Below are positions 50,101 through 59,750 of a DNA stretch of 64,000 nucleotides, piece by piece; position 1 is the first letter of the stretch, and each line of letters starts with the position of its first letter. This DNA comes from Klebsormidium nitens. Its lineage: Eukaryota > Plantae > Klebsormidiophyceae. Under the pieces are notes generated by a model, which searched no databases, was not told the origin of the DNA, and worked only from the letters and a program-made list of their open reading frames with translations. The stretch covers positions 2,738-66,737 of the forward strand of contig DF237256.1 in NCBI GenBank assembly GCA_000708835.1, read 5' to 3'. Both the position numbers and the translations under genes were made by a program.

Positions 50101-51538
50101 ACAGATAGTGAGACACTCCAGTCATTGAACAGAGAAAAGAAAACAGAAGGCGCTCCATTAGCGGATATTGAGTTGTAAAAGTGGGACGGTGGAATCATGC
50201 AAGCCGTAGTCGAGCACTTCTGCTGAACCGTCCGCATCTCCGTACTCCGTCAGCGGCTATGCTTTGCTGCAGACTCTTTTCTCTGCCTGACCGCTTACCT
50301 TTCCTCTTCCAGGCCCCACTGATAAAGTTTCTCCTCAGAGTCTCCCTTTGCTCACGATCTCCATATTGTGCTTCCAGGTGCCACGTGGCGCCCCGGCGTC
50401 AACGTGCTTCAAGACCGGCGTCGCCCACGTGGAGGCCAACCAGCTGCGCGACGCGCTGGCGTGCTTCGACGAGGCGTTTGCGGCGCTTGGTCGCGAGCGC
50501 GGGGGCGGGAAGGACGTCAAGGCGCAGGCGAAAATGGCGAGCCACTATAAGCAGGCTGCGCTGCTGCTGCAGGAGATCGCGCGCCTGCAGCGCCTTTCTG
50601 ACGTGGGCACCAGCCAGGTCGGCGCGCGCGAGGAGATGGCGCGGCTGTCCAGGCTGCTCTCGGCGATCCCGTTGCAGGTGAGCGCGGCCTGACGGTCTTC
50701 AGGTGATCGGGTTGTTGGAGTTTAGATCTTGGGGACTGTAGATATGAAGACTTTGATTTTTTTGAACTGAGGCGTTTCAGGTGGGTTTCAAGCCATATGT
50801 GTCGGAGACTCAGGGGATGTAGTGAATGGTCAGGGCAGCGTTCTGGTATGGCCCCCTTCTTCTTACCCGCCTTCAATCAGAAAAGGTAAGCCCCAAGCGC
50901 CGGCTATCAAGGAGTGAACCGTGAGGACCGTATCTTGTTCGACTACCCTGTCCAAGCGGCGGTCCGACGGCGCTCTTGCTGGTGGTTGCAGGCGAAGCAC
51001 CGCATCAGCTGCATTCGGACGGCCATCAAGCGGAACATGGACGTCCAAAACTACGCGTTCGCCAAGCGGATGCTGGACCTGCTTGTGGCGAAAGCGCCTC
51101 CCAACAAGCAGGGCGAGTTCAAAGTCCTCATCAGCGTGTGCACTCAGGTGAGAGTAAAGAGTAAAGATGAGAGTAGAAATGGAAATTTTGCGTCAGTGGC
51201 GTTCAGGGTTCGCAATAGGCCACGCTCGATGCCATGACGCATGTGTAGGCAGTTCTAATCCTGTCCTTGTTACTTTCGTTCGTTCTTGGGGAAGCATCTT
51301 TGAGCTTTTCGTCTTGTACGTGCAGAAAGGGCTGGTGGATAGAGCTATCGACGGCCCGGAAGACATCACGAAGTTCGATGCCGCGACCCTCGGTAGACTA
51401 CCAACTATTGGTCATGACACATGCGACTTCTGCGGCGCCAACTTTGGAGCTGGCAATGCCAGCTGTTCGGTTTGTGGTATTGGAAGTCTCCAGCGCTCTG
51501 ATGCGGCAAGTGGAACCGTCGCGTCACCCTTTGGATAG
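41163..51538 (+). CDS. TWD40-2: WD40-repeat TPLATE/TSET complex subunit TWD40-2-like (clathrin-mediated endocytosis)
   Basis: N-terminus MEW...AAAFHPTQAILAVAVGRHIVEFDALTGCKLSSVDIG, then KLKTDYKKAVTQLACHPR, LSETLYKLTSRFDNLRITP, DYPRCPPSSRLFQRFRELG, GPEWGGGNWEIK, RNMDVQNYAFAKRMLDLL and a C-terminal CDFCGA...CSVCGIGSLQRSDA...SPFG*. These match my recollection of Arabidopsis TWD40-2. Confidence 0.92.
47519..47625. repeat. Small intronic inverted-repeat element (11-bp arms gtgaacagtat/atactgttcac)
   Basis: Perfect 11-bp inverted repeat. The right end ctgttcactgggg is identical to the right end of copy C at 28174-28186. Confidence 0.5.
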
Positions 51539-52099
51539 AGACTTTGAAGTTGGCTTGAATACCTCGCCTCTGTGCTTAACGGCCAGTCTAGAACCGAGTC
51601 TATGACCAGGATTAAAGTTGGCATTGGGTGTAGTTGAGATAGCCATTCCTGATCATTTCGCACCTTCGAGCTTCGAGCATCATGTGCCGAGATTTTCGAC
51701 TCAAATTAGTACACTTATGGTGATTTGAGCGAATGAGTTTGCCTCCAGTATCTTGGCATCACTTTTCGTATTATCCAGTAAGAAGTGGCGCTGGGCTTAA
51801 TGGGGGCCATTTTCTGACTCTTACACGCACATGCACAATTGCTTACACAGTGGCCGCTTGCAACCTCCTAGCCAGAACGCAAGGTCTTACGCGCACATAG
51901 GACCGGACTCAGGCTTGGTTCACAATTGCATCTGCTGCAGGCACAGGCTTGCAACCAGCAATAGTCTACAAGCTACAATTATCCAAGTGCGTGCTCTATT
52001 TGCCCCTAAGTCTTGATCATGGCTAGGCCGTCACTCTTGTAGAGTCTGCACAATTAGTAGTTTTAAGCTAGTTAAACCGGCCACAAGTGATAAGTCAAT

Positions 52100-52876
52100 G
52101 AGGCGTTTTACATGAGAGGTGGGTTGCCGAGGGTAAGTGCCGACTTACCGCGCACTGTCGCGACTAAAAGTTGTACCGCCCAGACTTACCGTGGGCTCGT
52201 CGCGATCGGCGTTTTACATGGTCCGAGGGTAAGTCGATGGTAAGTCCCGATCGAGGGCAAATCCGCACTCATTTCGGACTTACCACGACTTACCTCATCG
52301 ATTTCGATGAGTTAAAGTAGGGCCTACTTTACCGTCGGTAAACTCGACTTACCACGGTAAGTCGCTACCATGTAAAAGGCAAGTCGTGGTAAGTCCGAAA
52401 ATCGACTTAGGGTACCGTCACTTTGAAGTGGCAGTATTCTGTTTGGGGGGGGGGCTTGGTTCAAATTAGCCAAGCAAAGGTGGGGAGGGGGGGGGGGCTT
52501 GAGGCCTTTTGCTTGGGGCGGAGCCCCAGCCAGGTTTTCCAGGTTTCGAGTGAGAAGCATGCGTTTTCATGCACATTTACCCTTATTTTGTTCAACGTTC
52601 TTACTTTACAGCCCAAGAACGAGACCAAAAAGCACTTTTCAGCACCAAAATGGGGCTGAATGCATGTATATGATGGTGTTTTTAAACCGAACATTTGCCC
52701 GGTTGGTAGCCCACCGGACTGGGACCTTGACCTTGCCAGTGATGACATGGCCGGGATCGAGGGGGGGGGGGCTTGAGACCCTTATGCCAAAGTGCCTCCA
52801 AAATACCTAACCGGGTGCCACTACAAAGTGACGGTACCCTTACCGTCGGGACTTTAACCTCCATGTAAAACGCCTC
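52100..52876. mobile_element. Non-autonomous TIR transposon (MITE-like) with 3-bp AAT target-site duplication, hosting a nested insertion
   Basis: 15-bp perfect TIRs gaggcgttttacatg / catgtaaaacgcctc. AAT at 52097-52099 and 52877-52879. Internal TIR-like copies at 52208-52222 and 52367-52380. Confidence 0.85.
52410..52839. mobile_element. PIF/Harbinger (Tourist-like) MITE, 430 bp, TTA target-site duplication, nested in the element above
   Basis: 24-bp TIRs gggtaccgtcactttgaagtggca / tgccactacaaagtgacggtaccc (1 mismatch). TTA at 52407-52409 and 52840-52842. Removing it restores the host motif gacttaccgtcgg. Confidence 0.9.
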
Positions 52877-53182
52877 AATATATCAAACAAATTTTGTGTT
52901 GGCCAAGCCAACTCAATGTACCTACCTATACAGCAATGAGTGCCACATGGCACCTTGCTGCAAATCAATGTCTCTTGAGTCTTGTATCAACATTCCTTTT
53001 GCCGTATGCCGCATGCATGGTGACTCAGTGGGCTGGGCCTACGTCCGGCCCATACTAATCGCCGCCGCGATGGTCGGCCCGGGACGCGAGAGGCGGGCCG
53101 CGGCCGCCGGGTCGTGCGGAGTGGACTTGATACTGTGCAATTATTACTTTATGTATTTTGTTACGGCTCCACATGACCGCAG

Positions 53183-53267
53183 CTCGACATAGCTCAGTTG
53201 GTAGAGCGGAGGACTGTAGTCGTCGCAGAAAATCCTTAGGTCACTGGTTCGAATCCGGTTGTCGAGA
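53183..53267 (+). tRNA. tRNA-Tyr(GUA): tRNA-Tyr (anticodon GTA) with a 12-nt intron
   Basis: Acceptor stem CTCGACA/TGTCGAG with A73, D-arm TAGCTCAGTTGGTAGAGC, anticodon GTA at 53216-53218, intron 53220-53231 after position 37, T-arm GGTTCGAATCC. Confidence 0.97.
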
Positions 53268-53271
53268 CACC

Positions 53272-53276
53272 TTTTT
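53272..53276 (+). terminator. RNA polymerase III terminator (T5) of tRNA-Tyr
   Basis: TTTTT four bases downstream of the tRNA 3' end. Confidence 0.8.
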
Positions 53277-54207
53277 GTCGTACGACACTCCTGTAGCCAG
53301 TATTGGCAGTGGTTCCTCCTTTTAGCAGTTCGTGACGCCCTACATAGATATCTACCTACTTTTCTTCTGGACAAGCATTTTGTCAACATTTAGTACTCTT
53401 ATTTACTCAAAAGGAGTCGTTCCATGAAACAAGCAGGCAGGAGAAAGTCCTTGATTCTGTTGTCTTCCAATATCACAATCGACTTCGATCAATGTTACTC
53501 TGCATGCTAGGTATATGATAGGCTACGCTGGCCACAAGTTGGTGGCCTTTTAAGCTACATGCTTTGCATGGATCGCGCACATGAGGCTAGCTGGGCAGAG
53601 CTTACGAGATGACCGACCACAATTATGAACTGGTCAGCTTTTCAAAATGTGACCTAACTGAGACTCCATTGCAACCATGCATTGGACCAGCCGTTCGATC
53701 GTTCTAGCTTGGAATAATACATAGTCAAACAAGTATGCATGACGGACCCCGACCTTCTGGGCCTAAGAATCCCATCTGGTTGTTTCTCAGCTTCCTTGGT
53801 CTACCAGAAAGTTTAGCATCATGGAAAAGCTGACGTCAAAGATGGTTGACACGTCAAAGATGGTTGACGAATTAAGGGCGTGTCGTAAGAGACATGATTG
53901 CATATCAGCTACTGTAGATTTTTTCTCAACAGGAGGACAAGTAAATCTTGGGCAGGCCGGAGCAGGGGCCATGCACTACAGAAGGAACGCATCATATGCA
54001 TTTTGCATAAGAAGAGTTGGAAACCGGCGCCAACAAACGTGCGGATGCAGGAGCAGATCCTGAGCTGAGCTCTCAAGCGAAACAGAAGATAAGAATTTCA
54101 ACGAGCTCGCTTGATTTAAGGGAACTCTGCACCTGTCAAGTTCTCATCATCAAAACCGTGGAAGCTTTCGGTACAGGACATGTTGAGAGTTCATCCAGTT
54201 GCAACGT

Positions 54208-55880
54208 TCATTCCACGATCTCGTCATTGCCCCAAGTTGTCTGAATGCTAGGGTCTCCGCACTCATCTTCTTCCCTCAAGGCCAGCTCTGATTTCTGACG
54301 GTCGCCGTTCCAGCTTGACTCTCTGTCTATGTAGGTGGCCCACTTGGACTGACCTGGGGCCCGCTTTGATACTCGAAGATCAGTCTTAGACTCAGCACCG
54401 CTTGTCAACTCTGCTGCCTTAGCCCTCACACTGCCCCAGTTCGGTTCCTCAGTTTCAAGAGGCTTGGTGCCACGCTTGTAACCCTGAGCCTGGATGGGTT
54501 GCAACGCCCTTCTAGCTGTAGGAACAGAACCTTCGGCGGCTCTCTTGCCTGATTTGTCACAGTAGCTATAGCCATAATCTTGGTCAACAAGTGCAGGCTG
54601 CGATTTCCTAGCCTGTCCCTGTCCTGGTTTCTGGTATGCCACATCATCTATTCTCCTCTCTGGATGTTCTTTCTTTCGCCGCTTGCTCCCCTGGTCGGGC
54701 AGTGTTGTCACCAGCTGAGTGTCCAACGGGTCATCTTTGACAGAGACCTCCTCGCCGTCTCCCTGCACATTACGAGACTGACTGAGCAATGGGAAGATCT
54801 GAAGCACGTCTTCACTTGATTGCTTCAGTCCTTGCACAGGGCAAGCAACAGGAGCCGTATGTGAAACCCTTGGTCATCGTGCATGCAGAGATTTCACAGG
54901 GCTCTATTTGAAGGTACTTGGGTGCAAATCCTAGTCATACAATCCGCTCTCAGTCAACTCTGCAACTGCTTTACAAGCAGCAATCTTTGCTTTACTTGCC
55001 TCCGCATTTTGTATATAAGCCTCCCACTTGTGCCCTGTCCTTGGTGGCTGCGACTGCCGATGTTGAGCTTCGCGCTCCTCCAGCTCTGCAATCAGCGCCT
55101 CGTCAAAGTCGTCGTCGTCCTCTTGCGCTGCACTCCCAGCTTTAGACAGCAAGACCGCTTCCTTGGCCGCATCTGCTTCTTGCCGCCCTAGGTTCAGATC
55201 TTGGGCCAGCTTCCGTAGATCTGAAGCCTTGCCAGAAACTCCATAGACCTGAGAACAGAAGCCAAGATCCTCAGGTCCTCCAGATAAGGGGGCAGATGCA
55301 TCAAGACGTCCAGCTGACAACCTCCCTTGACTTTCTCCCTTTACGTTGTGAAGGGCTAAAGCAGTTGAACGATTCACAGGAACTACAGGTCAGATACCTG
55401 AGTCATGCATTCAAAAGCCGTACTCCATTACTGTCGGCTGTTCCCAAAATGTTGCCTCCACACACATCAGCATTCATGTGCTTGACGAACTCACCTTGAT
55501 GACCGACTGCTTTGCTGCACACAAACTGCAGGACCACTTGTTGCTCTTGGTCACCTGTTTCACCTGCACCATGTTGACAGGCGGTCAGGATTTGGTGCCT
55601 GCCAAGTGCACCTATCAGCGCGTCCAGCCATGTTTCGTATGGTACCTCCTCCCTCAGGTAACAGGGTGCTCGCTCCAGGGCTGATATCAGTGCCACTAAG
55701 ACGATCACCTGGCTGTATGATTTGTCATTTGACTATGACCAAGCTGAGTTGCAGAGCGCGAGTGCAGAATCAAGAGTCAACATGGTCGATATCAGGATAC
55801 ACATTTTCATGTCATTGTAAAGGGTCAATCACCTGAAATGTGCTGCACTGGAAGCAGCGCACAACTATGTACTCCACCAT
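54208..55880 (-). CDS. MRNIP: MRN complex-interacting protein (MRNIP/UPF0544 family)
   Basis: Exon 1 (55880-55833) MVEYIVVRCFQCSTFQ, exon 2 (55563-55495) VKQVTKSNKWSCSLCAAKQSVIK and exon 3 VYGVSGKASDLRKLAQDLNLGR reconstruct the CxxC...WxCxxC...QS MRNIP N-terminal domain. A disordered tail with KWxxY motifs follows. Confidence 0.88.
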
Positions 55881-56444
55881 CTGCGAAGAAGCTTTGAATG
55901 TGCCGCCAACGGCCCATAGAGCTTGCTGATTTGTATTCCAAAATCTTAGCCTCTACATCTTGTCACCACCCATCAGTTTGACTAGCAGGATCCTGCCCGC
56001 TCACCCTGTGCAATGTGATTTTAAGCTGCTCTCGTACTGCCTTCGCAAGCTGAATGGATGCCACTTGCTATAAGAGCACAATCCTCAATTCGGGCTATGG
56101 GCTTCAGAACTCCGCAAGCATTCAGAGATTGCTTTTTGCCTTGATGCCGTAAGTTACAGCTTAAAGATAGTCGCCTCTCAGTGCCAGCTTGTGTCAGTTA
56201 TAACGGGTTGCAGGTACCTGTAAACTGTTGAGGATACTTGTCAGACTGATGCATGAAAATTGTAATTGCAGCAGAACAGTTTGCTTGCTCAAACCACGCC
56301 TGTTGACACTCTGACCGCCCTTCTCCACTTCACCTGGTACCGTATCTTCAACTGTTCAGCATTGCATCGCTCTGGCACCCAGTCTGCACGGACGGTGTCT
56401 AAGTTTGGCTCCGGTGAGTCGCGCGGCTGAAGGCGCCGCGCGTG

Positions 56445-56542
56445 GCGCGAAAATTGTATTCTGAGGGGTCCGAAGGAGGGGTTGGGGTTTCGGGCGTGCC
56501 GAGCTGGCACATCCGCAGCTTTCCATTGGACAAATTTGGCGC
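56445..56542. promoter_or_regulatory. Two E2F consensus sites in the divergent promoter between MRNIP and the hypothetical gene
   Basis: TTTCGCGC on the minus strand (56445-56452) and TTTGGCGC on the plus strand (56535-56542) both match TTTSSCGC. Confidence 0.5.
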
Positions 56543-56775
56543 GCTTGGCTGCGAACGCTCCCGAGTGCTGAATCATCAGCACTAGCTGGTGCTCACTGCT
56601 GGCAGAGCGCACGGCTCTGGCTCCAATTAGCAGTTTCTACATGTAACAGTAAGATGCCCCTTAGCTACGAAATTTTCTTAGCGTCCTGTAGATCGCTTAT
56701 AGCTGCGAATCCCAATAGGTCATTGTGGGGTCAGCGCTCGTGCGTTAGGGAAGCGGACTTCAGCTAGCTGCTGCT

Positions 56776-57649
56776 ATGGATGCAGAGCCTTTTGTTCCCA
56801 CCCCAGAAAAGATGGGGGCGGGCGGTGCTGCTTCAGATGGTCTCACAGCGTCCAAGAGGAACCTCTTCACCGTTAGTGCCTTGAAGGATGCGGGGGTGCA
56901 AAAAGTATTGAGGCAGCAGCAAGAGAACCGCTGCTCCGAAGTGGAAAATGCAGGGGCGTTGGCCGCCAATTTTGAGCAGAAGGGTTTGGGAAGGAAGCAA
57001 AAGTTGATTGACCCCCCGGTGCAGAAGGATTTAAGGGGGCGCAGATGCAGCGATGGTTCTGTGGAGTTGCAGTTGATGGGCCACAGCGAACTTCCATTTG
57101 CCAGTCCAGGGTGTGGTAGCGCAGAAAACAGGGAAGATGCCGGGAGTCTGCCAGCTGGCAAGGGGCCGTCAAAGCAACAGCATGACAGGGACAATGCAAT
57201 AGATGGCACCACCCCTACAGCTCCTGCTGGGAGAGTCTCCGAGAGTATTGTCCTGCACACTCCTCTGAAAGCAAAGCGGCCAGACACTGATAACGTGTTG
57301 TTCACTCCGCCTCCAGCGCCTGTAAGTCTTCTCTGCAAATTCTGTCAAGCATCCAATCAATGTGCATAAGGAGATAAGTTGAACGGTAGCCTTGACCAAT
57401 CGAGTGAGTTTATGAGCAGCCTACCATATCCCTTCTTTGCAGAATGTAGATATGACAAGATCTTGTTTTACCGATGGCTACATTTTTTTTTGCTTTTCAC
57501 TATCTCATCCTACAAATCATGTATCCACATAACAACAAGTGGTTGAATTAAGTGCAATCGTTTTCCAGGGGTTCAGACGGCCAAGTATTACCTCAAGTCC
57601 CGTCACTCCGCTTCCTGACGCCGTCCATGATGCACCTGGTCGCCAGTGA
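56776..57649 (+). CDS. Hypothetical low-complexity protein with several TP motifs; 3' structure unresolved
   Basis: ORF from 56776 with a strong donor (CCT|GTAAGT) at 57322. A phase-0 acceptor at 57569 gives GFRRPSITSSPVTPLP...GRQ*. Alternatively the gene continues through a GTGAG donor at 57646. Confidence 0.5.
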
Positions 57650-59750
57650 GCATCCTTTCCTGATCACAAACCGACCCATCGTACCTTTCTTTCCATCATT
57701 CCGCACAAAGGAATGAAATGTCTGGGTGAAGTTTCTAATCTAGCCAGTTCCTCTGCATGTGATGTGAGTGAGCTTATGATCAGCCATGCTGATCTTGGGC
57801 TGAATTGAAGCCCCGGACCCACTTCGAGGTGGTTCTAACAATTATTTGTCGTCAAAATGGTTGTTCTCCTTACCCCATGGCTGTAGACAGAACAAGGATG
57901 TAGACAGAACAGTGGTGTAGTGGTGTCTTCTGATGTGGTATACCCAGAACTGTAGATCTGGAACCGACGCGAAAGCAAACGAAAACGTGAATTCCAAAAT
58001 CTATTTGGAAGGTTTGCTAGACATTGCCGCTGTGCTTCAAGAAGTTGTGTTTTGGGTCCAAGGAGATGGATGCACATCCTCATGAATGCAGGATCCCAAA
58101 GAAGCCATCAGCTAGATTGAAGCAGCTTAGCATGCAGCTGAAGGAAGCGGGTCAGGATACCCAAGGTAATGTGCATTCCCCTCTGCTCCATGCTGCCAAA
58201 AGGCTTCAGGCTTACCTCTGAGATCATTCGACGTTCATGGCAGTCCGCATTTAAATGGTTGGCATCTTGGTCAATTGGCGGCATCAGAAATGAGCTTGCT
58301 GAACTCCCACTTGGCCAGTAAGCCGCAGGTCGAAACTGCGCGTAATCTGCATCATGGTACTTCATTATTCACAGTATGTTGCAATGATTTTGCCGGACCC
58401 CACCTCACAGATACTTCGGATGGAGCGACTTCGTCGAGTGTGGAGGCGACACCGGAAGCTTCGGCAGCGTCATCCGCTTGTGACACGCCTGCACCTCAGT
58501 GAGTCACTTCACTTCGTTGCCCTCCCAGATTTGACTTGCATTGTACATTCGACAATCGGCTTGTTAGGATCTATTGGGAATCATTGCCATGAAAACTAGC
58601 GCCCGTTTTTTTCGCTCAGCTTCGGCACCCAGACTTACATGGTTGAGTAGGTGCAAACACTTAATGACAGCTTCGCAAAACTGAAGTTGGTGCTGAGTCT
58701 TGTGCACGTGCTCTGCACATGTCGGTGACACCGCCCGTCTACTGTGCAGCCCATATGTCCTGCTAGCGAGCGGGCTCCCTGCGGAGGACCTGATGGCTGA
58801 CCCAAAGTATCGGGGCATGGCCGCTCTGGGTTGCCAGCACCAGTACACGGATGCGGACCGCGCATCGTTCTTACGAAGGCGAGGGTTTGTTGCAAGAGAT
58901 CTAAACTCAGCTTTTGCAGCATAATCTAACAGCCAGCAATCAGAATGTCACAAAGATGTCAGCTGCACGGGTGTCTCCTACTCGATTGTACAGTGTGTTT
59001 GCAAAGTGGTCTTCTTGGGCATTGCTGTCAAGGAATTGAACGTATGCCAGTTCGGATGGCCGGGAGCTCCATGCCCAACTTCTGAGATTGTGACGCAAAG
59101 TCGCGTCATGGGCGTGACTAGCAGCCCCAATATGGTTGCCAGTGTGCCAGTGGTTCGCCATTGCATGAATGTGTAGGTCCCATTTTGTAAGCTGTAGTGT
59201 GACTTGCATGTCCATGGTCGCGCTATGTAGCTCACTCTCCACAACAAGATGGACACACAAATCCGTGATGTAACATGCAAGCAAGTAAAACAAGGGGTAT
59301 GCATCCATTCCTGAGCCTGGCGGTACAAGGGATTCGGTCGATCAGCGCCACCTGTTGCCTGGCTTAAAACGCGCATGTGCGAAGCATGAGCCACGGCGCA
59401 CTATTAATGTGCTCGAACGATGATATGCAATCCTGCTTATCTATAAGCGGCTGCAGAAGCGAGCCAGTGTCGAACGGAAGGTCCCGATGCAACCTTAGAA
59501 GGACACCGAGGACCTAGCTGCGGCACAGCTTGCCTGCCTGGACATGCTGCAGATTGAACATTGGGTCACGTTAAGTAACATAGGAGCGTACTGAAAGTAG
59601 CATGCAGTCCGATCAGTGTGCTGACGCCCGGCCGCTTGTGATTCTGATAACTTCCCGACAGCGCGCTTACAAGCAATATACGTCCCATCAATCTCTCAGT
59701 GATTCCAAAGGTCCAGCTTTTCAAGCTGCTGTTGGCCTCAACATCCGTCA

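Noticed and set aside
52132-52400. Possible CRISPR-like array from recurring gacttacc/ggtaagtc motifs
   Set aside because: The motifs are 7-8 bp, occur in both orientations and are irregularly spaced inside a TIR/TSD-bounded element. There are no cas genes and the context is eukaryotic.
53831-53869. Short tandem duplications (acgtcaaagatggttgac x2 here; also about 31610-31642 and 57879-57909)
   Set aside because: Isolated 15-18-bp slippage duplications with no evident function.
56776-56900. PTPEK…RN..SV-like N-terminus reminiscent of plant CDT1
   Set aside because: No CDT1 winged-helix domain motifs could be found downstream.
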